64,000 bases of DNA from a virus. Where the stretch lies: positions 1-64,000 of IMG/VR virus record IMGVR_UViG_3300035670_000108; one strand, written 5' to 3'. Positions within the stretch are counted from its first letter, which is position 1; each line of letters starts with the position of its first letter. Positions 1 through 8,248 of this stretch are shown one piece after another. A program made the translations under genes and the position numbers. Under the pieces are notes generated by a model. It worked only from the letters and a program-made list of their open reading frames with translations, was not told the DNA's origin and made no database searches.

Positions 1-246
1 TGGGCGGGGCTCGCTGCGGCGGGCCTCTTCCTTTTGGCCGTCCTGGGTATCTACAGCAAGGGGCGCAGTGATGCACGCGCCTCGGCTGACAAGGAGCGCC
101 TGGAAGACCGGGTCGATCAGCAGGCCGAGGTGATCGAGCAGGTTCAGGAAGCTCACCAGGCGCGCCAGGAGGTCGAGCAAAAGGTGGACACCACGCCGCC
201 GGCCAAGAACCGGCAGGATCTGATCGACCGCTGGGGTGAGCCATGA
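1..246 (+). CDS. i-spanin (Rz-like), 5' partial
   Basis: Frame open from base 1 (WAGLAAAGLFLLAVLGIY transmembrane segment) followed by a charged coiled coil; overlaps a lipoprotein gene. Confidence 0.65.
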   Translation, partial: WAGLAAAGLFLLAVLGIYSKGRSDARASADKERLEDRVDQQAEVIEQVQEAHQARQEVEQKVDTTPPAKNRQDLIDRWGEP

Positions 247-776
247 AGAACCTCTTCCTCCCCCTGGTGCTGGTCATCCTTGTAGGCTGCACGCGCGACG
301 TGATCGTCTACGAGACCATCGACACAGGCTGCATCAGCTTCAAGCCGATCCGCCTGACCCAGCAGGACAAAGAGCTGGTCAGGTCGGGCGCCATGAGCGA
401 TTCCCTGGTCAACCAGCTCCTCGCCCACAACGAGACCGGCGCCGAGCGCTGCGGCTGGAAGCCCAACAGCTCTTCCGCTACGATGCAGGGGCCAGAGAAA
501 GACCCGAAAGACCCCCTGGCTTTCCCCATCGTTCTGAGGAATAGCCGCCATGCGCAAGATCCGTTGCAAAATGCAGTGCCACAACAAGTCCGAGCATCCC
601 CATATCCCTGGTATGGTCAGCGTCACGCTGGGCGCCGTCTACTCTGCCGAGCACACCGGTCAGCCCGACGACGAGAACGCCATCTTCGGCAAACTGACCC
701 CGCACGGTCATTTCAACGCCACCATGGTGGCCGAGAGCGCCGAGATCCTGGAAGTGGGCAAGCAGTATTACGTTGA
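243..776 (+). CDS. o-spanin (Rz1-like) lipoprotein; true end may be near 465
   Basis: Signal peptide with lipobox ILVG-C and two further Cys (GCISF, RCGWKP); ATGA overlap with the i-spanin. Confidence 0.6.
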   Translation: MKNLFLPLVLVILVGCTRDVIVYETIDTGCISFKPIRLTQQDKELVRSGAMSDSLVNQLLAHNETGAERCGWKPNSSSATMQGPEKDPKDPLAFPIVLRNSRHAQDPLQNAVPQQVRASPYPWYGQRHAGRRLLCRAHRSARRRERHLRQTDPARSFQRHHGGRERRDPGSGQAVLR

Positions 777-792
777 GATGTTCGAGGCCTAA
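550..792 (+). CDS. hypothetical phage protein
   Basis: GAGGA SD, GC3-rich codons, ends at a terminator. Confidence 0.75.
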   Translation: MRKIRCKMQCHNKSEHPHIPGMVSVTLGAVYSAEHTGQPDDENAIFGKLTPHGHFNATMVAESAEILEVGKQYYVEMFEA

Positions 793-795
793 ACG

Positions 796-825
796 CAAAA
801 AGGGAGCCAACTGGCTCCCTTTTTG
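796..825. terminator. bidirectional intrinsic terminator
   Basis: CAAAAAGGGAGCCA-AC-TGGCTCCCTTTTTG between convergent genes. Confidence 0.85.
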
Positions 826-832
826 TTTCCCG

Positions 833-1018
833 CTATTGGCGCCTGTGGCGCTTCGTCCAGTCATCCCGGCAGTCAGCGCCGCAGAACAACTCCCCCTTGC
901 CGACCGGGTCGTCACAGTTACGGCACTTCCCTACCGGGCTCGGCCCCTTCGGCAGAGCTAGGTAGCCGATTCCCGACTTCTCCATCGCTTCCTGTGCTAC
1001 ATCAGCTGGATCTGGCAT
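833..1018 (-). CDS. small C4 zinc-finger protein, TraR/DksA-like
   Basis: N-terminal DPADVAQ (DxxDxA) and CRNC...CGADC; GGAGA SD. Confidence 0.55.
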   Translation of the reverse strand: MPDPADVAQEAMEKSGIGYLALPKGPSPVGKCRNCDDPVGKGELFCGADCRDDWTKRHRRQ

Positions 1019-1039
1019 TACTTCTCTCCATAAAGGCCA

Positions 1040-3286
1040 TCACAGAGTGATGGCATTGTCGCACAGGGCGTTATCGGTCTGGTGGTGGCTGACGAAGATC
1101 ACCTGCACCCCCAGGGCTTTCATGGCCACCATGGTTGCCAGCGAGCAGTCAGGGTCCATGTCTGCGGTCGGCTCGTCCAGCAGCACGGTGTTCAGGTGGC
1201 AAGGGGCGGCGCCAGACAGCGACACCTGGACTGCTAGCCCGATGATGGCCTCCTGGGCTCCGCTGGCCTCCTCCAGCTGCATCTCCTGCCCTTCCTCGAT
1301 GAAGACGAAGTCTCCGGCGTCGGTACGGGTCAGCGCCTCGATGTCACCACCGGTGCACTGAGCCACGAACTGGCTGGCCTGCTGCAGGAAGCTGGCCCAA
1401 ACCTTGCCCATGTAGCCCTCGGAGTTGTCTTTCAGGTGCTTCTGCAGGTGCTTGATCTTCGCCAGGCGCTTCTCCGCCTTGTCACGGCGATCACTGTTCT
1501 GCTTCAGCTGCTCCAGAGCGTTCATCCAGCGGTTCAACGTGGTGCTGGCGTTGGCCAGGTCGGACTTGGCGGAACCAAGGCGGGTGCGGACGACGGCGAT
1601 AGTCTCGCGCAGTTCAGCCATGGTGGCCCGGTCGGCGCCCAGCTGCTTGGTCACCTTGGCGATCTGAGCTGCCAGCAGCTCAGGGTCTTCCGGCTCCCCT
1701 TTCGCTTTCAGGTTGGACAGGGTGGTTTCAGCCGCAGTCAGGGCGGCCTGGGCGCGGTCGTGTTCCGCCTGGGCTTTCTCCAAGGCGTGGCTGGCGGTGT
1801 GTACCTTCTGGCTCTGGCTGCGCAGGGCGGTGACGATCTCGTCGGTCAGGCCCAGATCGGCCATCTCGCCGTCTACGACGGCCAACTCGTCGAGAGCATC
1901 GTTGTGATCGCCTTCACAGTCTTGAACCACACAGGCCGCCCGCTTCTTCTTCTCCTCAGCCTCGCCGGCCGCTCCCATGGCGTCGGCCACGCGCTTCAGC
2001 TGCTGTTTGGCCCGGGTCAGAGCGTTCTGGCTGTCATTTACCCAGTCCCCTGCCTCAGCCTGTTTGGTGCGGGCAGCGGACAACTCCAGCTCCAGCTGGG
2101 CAGGGTCGTGACCATCGAACGGGCGGTTGCAGGTGGAGCAGACGCCACCTGCAACCGCGTCCTCCAGATCCTTCACCTTCTGCCGGCAAACAGCAGCTGC
2201 TTCGCGTGCACGGCCGGCCTCGTCTTCCGCGCCCTGCAGATCCACCTCACCGACCTCGTTCTTCACCTGGTCAAGGGTGGCCACTGCACTCTGTAAGGCG
2301 GTGTCGGCCGCTTCGAGGTTTCCCTTGGCCAGATCCAGGCGGGTCTTCGTCGTGGTGACGTTGTTGTCCGCAGGGGCTTTGCGCAGTTTCAGGCCCTCGA
2401 ATTGAGCGATCTTCCTGTCAGCTTCCGGGTCGTACCCTTCTTTCGCCTCGGCCAGCTTTGCTTGGGCCGTGACCAGGTCAGCCTGGCGCTCGTCGGCGTT
2501 GTCGTTGGCCTCTTTCAGCCCGCGCTGGGCCGCCTGCAGGCGAACCTTAGCGGTCTCAGCCGCGCCCTTCTGCTCCTGCAGCTCGACGAGGCGATCGTTG
2601 GCTTTCTGGATGGCGGCCAGGCCGGTGGCCTCTACCGCCTGCAGCTCGTTGAGGTCCTGCTCGGCGGTCGCCTGGTTGCCACGGGCCAGGCCAATGACGC
2701 GCTCGGCCTCGGCCACTTCAGCCTGGCACTGCTCGGGCGTGTACTGGTCGTTGCTCAGGGCGGCGATGACACCGCCCTCCTTGTCCGCCATGCGCTTCAG
2801 GCGGGCCTGGACACCGTCCAGCTCCTCGGCGCCCACTAGCCGGCGCATCAGCTGCTGGAGGTTGTTGGCGCTGTAGCGGAGCAAGGAGTGGGCGTTCTTC
2901 TGCTTGGCGAAGTGCAGCTCCTTCCACTGGCGAACGGTCATCCCGATCAGCTCTTCGATCTTGTCGTTCACCGCCGTGGTGCCGCTGGCCAGGGGTGCGC
3001 CCTCGCCTTGCTGGTGCAGGTTGGCGGTGGACTTGGTGCGGGTCACGCGGTAGACACCGGTCATGGTCTTAAAGGCCAGCTCGACGCTGAACTTGCCGTC
3101 GCTGTCGCGGCGAGCAAGGCGGGTGCCTGGCACTTGGGGTGCGCCGCCCAGGCCGAACAGGATGCCGTACAGGATGGTCGACTTGCCCCGGTAGTTGGGG
3201 CCGTAGATGCCGTTCAGGCCGTCGGTGAAGTCTACGTTCAGGCTGGCGTGCTTCTTGAAGTTCTTCAGGGTAAGGGAGAGCAGCAT
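1040..3286 (-). CDS. sbcC: SbcC/Rad50-like ATPase
   Basis: LKNFK, Walker A GPNYRGKS, long coiled coil with CSTC zinc hook, ASGAQ signature, LLDEPT Walker B. Confidence 0.93.
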   Translation of the reverse strand: MLLSLTLKNFKKHASLNVDFTDGLNGIYGPNYRGKSTILYGILFGLGGAPQVPGTRLARRDSDGKFSVELAFKTMTGVYRVTRTKSTANLHQQGEGAPLASGTTAVNDKIEELIGMTVRQWKELHFAKQKNAHSLLRYSANNLQQLMRRLVGAEELDGVQARLKRMADKEGGVIAALSNDQYTPEQCQAEVAEAERVIGLARGNQATAEQDLNELQAVEATGLAAIQKANDRLVELQEQKGAAETAKVRLQAAQRGLKEANDNADERQADLVTAQAKLAEAKEGYDPEADRKIAQFEGLKLRKAPADNNVTTTKTRLDLAKGNLEAADTALQSAVATLDQVKNEVGEVDLQGAEDEAGRAREAAAVCRQKVKDLEDAVAGGVCSTCNRPFDGHDPAQLELELSAARTKQAEAGDWVNDSQNALTRAKQQLKRVADAMGAAGEAEEKKKRAACVVQDCEGDHNDALDELAVVDGEMADLGLTDEIVTALRSQSQKVHTASHALEKAQAEHDRAQAALTAAETTLSNLKAKGEPEDPELLAAQIAKVTKQLGADRATMAELRETIAVVRTRLGSAKSDLANASTTLNRWMNALEQLKQNSDRRDKAEKRLAKIKHLQKHLKDNSEGYMGKVWASFLQQASQFVAQCTGGDIEALTRTDAGDFVFIEEGQEMQLEEASGAQEAIIGLAVQVSLSGAAPCHLNTVLLDEPTADMDPDCSLATMVAMKALGVQVIFVSHHQTDNALCDNAITL

Positions 3287-3289
3287 GAT

Positions 3290-4384
3290 TTACTCCTTCA
3301 TGTCTTTGGCTTCGCGGAACAGAGCCAGCAGGTCGGGGCTGCTGGCCAGCTGGTCTTCCACGATCTCGATCAGGGTTTTCTGCGCCGCGCCGGCGACGAC
3401 GTGGTCGTTGGTCTCGCCGGCGGCGATGAACAGCACTTTGCTGGCGCGGATCGCGTAGAGGTACCCACCCTTGCGCCACAGCTCGCGGATGGCCTTGGCC
3501 AGATCCACCGCCGCCTCGGGAGGCAGAGATCCGGTGATGTCCAGCCACTCGGCTCCTTCGTACTTGTGCAGGCTCTCGGTGCGCCAGTCCTCGATCAGCT
3601 GGGCAGCCTTCACCTGCATACTGGCTTCGCTGGCGTTGACCACCTTCACCCAGTCGTTGCCCTGACTGTCATAGAACCAGGTGTACTTCTCGCCCTGGTC
3701 GCTGAAGCTGGTCGGGTGGGTATTACCCAGAATGATCAGGCGGCCGTCGCACTCGCGGCGCGGACGGTGGTCGTGACCCATGACGATGTAGTCGAACACC
3801 TGCAGCAGGTGGCGGGCCTTGGCATCGGTCAGGTTGAGGTCGTTCTCGCCGGCCTCGAAGGTGAGGTGATAGTTGCAGTGCACCAGCAGGAGCTTGCGTT
3901 TGGCCTCGCTATCGTCAGCCTGGCGGCGGGCCTGCTCCAGAGCCTGCTCGAACTCCTGCTGGCGGGCGTGGTGTGGGACGGTGAACAACATGACGTCTCC
4001 GAACACACGGATGTCGGTCTTCACCTTGCCCGGCTCCGGCGGCAGCACGAAGCGCTCGTCCATGGTCAGCGCGGACAGCGCATGCAAGGAGGAGGTACGC
4101 CCCGCGACGTTGATCACGTCGTGGTTGCCGCCGATCACCAGGTTGCATTTGCTGGCCACCTCGGCACCTGCCAGCAGGACGTGCTCAGGGTTGGAGTCGG
4201 TGTCGAACAGGTCGCCACCACAGATGGTAGCCCCCACCTTGCGGTCGTCAGGGTGCGGCATGGTAGCCGCCTGCAGGCCGTGCAGGCGGATCTGTTCCGC
4301 CAGCAAGGCGCGGCTGGCCGGGGTGGTGTTGGCCTTGAGTTCCTTCCCGATATGCGGGTCGGTGAAGAAGCGGAGCACGGTCAT
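3290..4384 (-). CDS. sbcD: SbcD/Mre11-like metallophosphoesterase nuclease
   Basis: DPHIG, GDLFD, GNHD and GHDH motifs; adjacent to SbcC. Confidence 0.92.
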   Translation of the reverse strand: MTVLRFFTDPHIGKELKANTTPASRALLAEQIRLHGLQAATMPHPDDRKVGATICGGDLFDTDSNPEHVLLAGAEVASKCNLVIGGNHDVINVAGRTSSLHALSALTMDERFVLPPEPGKVKTDIRVFGDVMLFTVPHHARQQEFEQALEQARRQADDSEAKRKLLLVHCNYHLTFEAGENDLNLTDAKARHLLQVFDYIVMGHDHRPRRECDGRLIILGNTHPTSFSDQGEKYTWFYDSQGNDWVKVVNASEASMQVKAAQLIEDWRTESLHKYEGAEWLDITGSLPPEAAVDLAKAIRELWRKGGYLYAIRASKVLFIAAGETNDHVVAGAAQKTLIEIVEDQLASSPDLLALFREAKDMKE

Positions 4385-4393
4385 GGTTCGTCC

Positions 4394-4912
4394 TCAGTAA
4401 AACAGTTCGGTTGGGTTCTTCAGCACCAGGGCCAGGGCCTCGGTGAGATCCTTATCGGTGGCGGGTACGCGGCGCTGGAAGGCAAAGTCCAGGTGCTCAC
4501 CGTTCTTGATGAAGCATGCGCCGACGTGGTCCCCACGCCAGAACTCGACGTAGGGTGTTTCGTATTGGTGGAAGATGATCAGGCCGAAGCCGCCGGAGCG
4601 GACCACCAGGCGCTGGGCAGCTGCCTGGTGGCTCTTGGTCAGCCCGGTGAGCGATCGCCTCGACTCGCCCAGGCTGGTGTGCTCGAAGCTGGTCTTCACC
4701 TCGATCAGCCAGTGCTTGCCCTCCATCAGCGCGATGAAGTCGCCATCCTGCTCGGGCAGGATGGCGCCACCGGCGCCGGTGGATGACGTGTCGTAGAGCC
4801 GGGTGAGGCGCAGGCGGTGCTTCTGCTGCATGGCGGTCAGCAGCGACTGGATGCGCCCCTCGAACTCTTTGCCGTACTGCTGCGGGGTTTTCCCCCGCTT
4901 CCCGGCAGCCAT
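4394..4912 (-). CDS. PD-(D/E)xK nuclease, RecU/Holliday junction resolvase-like
   Basis: ATG at 4912; GKEFE...GDF...IEVK motif. Confidence 0.7.
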   Translation of the reverse strand: MAAGKRGKTPQQYGKEFEGRIQSLLTAMQQKHRLRLTRLYDTSSTGAGGAILPEQDGDFIALMEGKHWLIEVKTSFEHTSLGESRRSLTGLTKSHQAAAQRLVVRSGGFGLIIFHQYETPYVEFWRGDHVGACFIKNGEHLDFAFQRRVPATDKDLTEALALVLKNPTELFY

Positions 4913-6240
4913 CAGCTGTACTTCAGGATCAGCGACTTCGACGGGCGGGTGCAGGCGGTGTAGGCCATGCGCAGCATCTCGTTGAAGTTGCGGTTGACCA
5001 TCAGGTCGTCCAGATCCACAAAGGCCGTCCGGTAGGTAGAGCCCTGGCTGCGGTGGACGGTCAAGGAGTGGCACGGCGCCAGGTTGGCGAACAGCCCCTT
5101 GTACGTCCAGAAGGCACCCCAGCGCTTCCTGTCGGCGCGGGCTTCCTCTCCCAGCTCCTTCAACCGACGGTCCACCACGCGCCGGCCAGCCTCGGTCGGC
5201 AGGTAGGCGGTGACGGTCTCGTCGAAGGTGTTGGTGAAGGTCACGGCGTACACCCCGACCTCGCCGTATACCGGGTGGGCCTGGACGACTACCGAGACCA
5301 CCGTGCCTTCCTCGTCGGTGGTGGCCAGGAAGCTCTCCTCGCCGCTGTCGCGGAACTGGATCACGTCCAGAACCGGCTCCTTGGCCACGATGCGCTCGCC
5401 GATCTCGAACGGAGTGGCGGGGCGCCCGTTGTACATTTCGTCGCGGATCGACTCGTTGTAGTCGTCGACGATCACGTTGCGCCAGGCCAGGGCCTTGAAA
5501 GCGTCTGGGTACTGGTCGTAGATCTCGGAGCTGAAGGCCCGGCGGATCATCTTGCGGAAGTCGGACGAACGCATCACCGACACCCCGCCCTCCTCGTCGC
5601 GGTCGGACTTGAAAGTCGGCCGAGTACCGGCGTCGATGCAATCGCGCAGGTGGGTGGCAAGGCGGAGGATCTGGTTGTCGTGCCGCTCCACCTTGGTCAG
5701 CGAGGCGTTCAGGTGCAGGCGCTCCACCGCCGATTCAGCCTCGCCCACCGGTGGCAACTGGTAGCGCGGGTCACCCATGAAGATGACCTTGGTGCCGGTG
5801 TCTACCGCGAACGAGTGGATGTAGCCCATCAGCATTTCGTTGACCATCGACGACTCGTCAACGATCAGCGCCTGCACGCCTTCCAGCTTGTGGCCACGGT
5901 CGCTCATACCGACCTCGCGCACCTCGCCATCCTTGCCCAGCACCAGGCCCAGCTGCGAGTAGATGGTACCGACCGGGATGTTCGCGGCCGGCGAGATCTT
6001 GCGCTTGAAGGTGTTCAGGTTGCGGGTGGCCTTGTTGGTCGGCGCCGCCAGCGCCAGCTGGATACCCATCGACATCATCTCGCGGCCGGCGAACGCCGCG
6101 CTGGTGGACTTGCCGGTACCGGCCGAGCCATCCAGGCGGAAGAACAGGTTCGGCCCGGTGACGTGGTCGATCATCATCTCGACCACGTTCTGCTGGTCGC
6201 TGTTGAGCTTGATGCTGCGGATGTCTTCGACGTTACTCAT
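4912..6240 (-). CDS. Dda/RecD-like SF1B helicase
   Basis: GSAGTGKS, APTNKA, VDESSM, GDPRYQLPPV, TVHRSQGS, YTACTR. Confidence 0.92.
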   Translation of the reverse strand: MSNVEDIRSIKLNSDQQNVVEMMIDHVTGPNLFFRLDGSAGTGKSTSAAFAGREMMSMGIQLALAAPTNKATRNLNTFKRKISPAANIPVGTIYSQLGLVLGKDGEVREVGMSDRGHKLEGVQALIVDESSMVNEMLMGYIHSFAVDTGTKVIFMGDPRYQLPPVGEAESAVERLHLNASLTKVERHDNQILRLATHLRDCIDAGTRPTFKSDRDEEGGVSVMRSSDFRKMIRRAFSSEIYDQYPDAFKALAWRNVIVDDYNESIRDEMYNGRPATPFEIGERIVAKEPVLDVIQFRDSGEESFLATTDEEGTVVSVVVQAHPVYGEVGVYAVTFTNTFDETVTAYLPTEAGRRVVDRRLKELGEEARADRKRWGAFWTYKGLFANLAPCHSLTVHRSQGSTYRTAFVDLDDLMVNRNFNEMLRMAYTACTRPSKSLILKYS

Positions 6241-6565
6241 GGTTGCCTCCGTCGGCGTTGTAGATGCGGCTCGGCGCCATGTAGCGCCGGCACTCACCAT
6301 CGTGTTCCTGCCAGTGCTCCACCTCGCCGAAGTCCGCCGTCTCGGCGGCTATCGCGTAGTGGATCTGGCAGCCGGCGATCAGCATGTCGCCGATCTCCAC
6401 GTACCAGTTGCTGGAGCGAGCGTTGGTCTTGATCCCCAGTGCTTCGTGGTCGCTCTTCAGCGCCCGCACCGTGCCGTGCACCGCCTTGTACTGCTTCCCG
6501 TCCGGGGCACAGAACCACTGGTCGGTGTTGATCAGCACCTTCTTACCGATCTGGAACAGGCTCAT
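6233..6565 (-). CDS. hypothetical protein
   Basis: Overlapping start/stop in operon; phage codon usage. Confidence 0.75.
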   Translation of the reverse strand: MSLFQIGKKVLINTDQWFCAPDGKQYKAVHGTVRALKSDHEALGIKTNARSSNWYVEIGDMLIAGCQIHYAIAAETADFGEVEHWQEHDGECRRYMAPSRIYNADGGNHE

Positions 6566-7968
6566 TGGTCGCAGTCCTCTGGGTGTTTGTCAGCCCGGCG
6601 GCACTTCACGCGAGGCTCGCGCAAGCTGCCGTCGGGGGTGACTTCGTGGTAGACGATCTCGAACACGCTGTTGACGAAGTAGCTGGGGTCGCGGCCCCGG
6701 TCTTCGTCGCTGAGGCCACTGCCGACGTTCACCGACACGCCATGGTGATCGAAGGTCAGGCCTCCGATCATGCCCTCGTACTTGCTGCCCTTCTCGCCCT
6801 GATAGGTGCCGCGGCAGACCAGGTCGATGGTCTCCTCGGGCTTCACCTTCACCCAGTCGGCGTTCTTGCCGGGGATGTACAGGCTGCCCTTCTTCTTCAG
6901 GATCAGCCCTTCGTGCCCCAGCTCGCGGGCCATCCGGTACAGCACCCAGACGTCGTCCAAGTTGTCCAGCTCGAAGCGGTCGACGGTGTGCAGCTTCGTG
7001 AAGTACGGAATGTTCTCGTCGCCATTGGTCTTCAGGAACACGCGCACCTGGTCAAGGCGGGCCTGCCGCACCTCAATGGGCTCGGTGCCGCCGGCCATTT
7101 GGTCCCAAGGCAGCAGATCGAAGGCGTGATACTCGAGTGTGGCACCCTTGCCGGCCTTGCGGGCCACGCTGCTGGTCTCGTTGAAGTGACCAGGTGCTTT
7201 GCCCTCGCCGTCCCAGGCCCAGGTGCCCGGCTTCAGCCGGCCCTGCTGGATCATGTGCCGGGTCAGCAGCATCAGATCCTCGGCGCGCGGCTCCAGGTTG
7301 GGCATCGGCAGCCCGTTGCGGCTGAAGGTGTCGAAGGTCTGGCCGTCGGTACGGACGACGCAGCGGAAGCCGTCCATCTTGTACTCGGCCCAGATACCGT
7401 TGCTCCAGTCGACCTTGTGCAGAGCCTCCTTCGTCCGCTGCGCGCCCTTATGCTCGAAGATCGGCACCAGCCCCTTGTGGAACTTGTTCACCGTCTTCGG
7501 GCCGCAACCGATGCGCATCTCCTTCACCAGCACGCGGTACAGGAGGCTGGCGCTATCGGCGTCGAGCCGCCGCATCTCGCCAAGGATGGCGTCACGGGCG
7601 TTGTGCCCGGTCAGCCGGCGCTCGGCCAGGTCACGGAGCAGGCCGACCGTGCCGGCGTCCCACGGCCCCATGCGCACTGGTTTACCGGCTACGCCGACCT
7701 GGGTCATGTCATCGGCCGGGATCTCGGTAGGCACCGTCTCCGCGCCCACGCCGAAGGTCACGAACGGCGACTGGGCCAGCAGCAGGACCGCCTTGGTCAA
7801 GGCGGAGATCCCGGTGTCGTGGTTGTCCATCATGGCCTTCAGGCGGGCCTCGGCGTCCTTGCCGCCGCGGATCGCCACCTCGCCGAACATCTGCTCGACG
7901 ACGTTGCTCTGCAGGTAGCCTTCGGTCTCCGCCTCGGCCAGGTAGCTTTCAATCTGGTTCCAGCTCAT
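6562..7968 (-). CDS. ATP-dependent DNA ligase
   Basis: EYKMDGFR adenylation motif, EGLILK, WVKVKP, VGSG; GGAG SD before ATG 7968. Confidence 0.93.
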   Translation of the reverse strand: MSWNQIESYLAEAETEGYLQSNVVEQMFGEVAIRGGKDAEARLKAMMDNHDTGISALTKAVLLLAQSPFVTFGVGAETVPTEIPADDMTQVGVAGKPVRMGPWDAGTVGLLRDLAERRLTGHNARDAILGEMRRLDADSASLLYRVLVKEMRIGCGPKTVNKFHKGLVPIFEHKGAQRTKEALHKVDWSNGIWAEYKMDGFRCVVRTDGQTFDTFSRNGLPMPNLEPRAEDLMLLTRHMIQQGRLKPGTWAWDGEGKAPGHFNETSSVARKAGKGATLEYHAFDLLPWDQMAGGTEPIEVRQARLDQVRVFLKTNGDENIPYFTKLHTVDRFELDNLDDVWVLYRMARELGHEGLILKKKGSLYIPGKNADWVKVKPEETIDLVCRGTYQGEKGSKYEGMIGGLTFDHHGVSVNVGSGLSDEDRGRDPSYFVNSVFEIVYHEVTPDGSLREPRVKCRRADKHPEDCDQ

Positions 7969-8248
7969 GGCTGTCTCCTTGGGACTCTGGGTTGCTGTGG
8001 ATGTGGATGAACACCCCTGGCCCGTACAGCCAGTTGGACGACTTCCCGCATTTCTTGCAGGTGAGGACGTCCAGACGTGGCTCGTCGCGGTGGGCGTGGC
8101 AGGAGGCCCAGCCTCCCACCTCCCACGACCAGGTGTCGCAGTGGGGGCAGCATTCGCTGCCCCCGGCCCGGCGCTCATACTCCTCGCGCTTCTTCAACTG
8201 CTGGCGCTTCTCGCGCCAGCCCCGGTACCACTCGATCAGGCGCTTCAT
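7949..8248 (-). CDS. hypothetical zinc-ribbon protein
   Basis: CPHC and CKKC pairs; fills the gap between polymerase and ligase. Confidence 0.65.
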   Translation of the reverse strand: MKRLIEWYRGWREKRQQLKKREEYERRAGGSECCPHCDTWSWEVGGWASCHAHRDEPRLDVLTCKKCGKSSNWLYGPGVFIHIHSNPESQGDSHELEPD

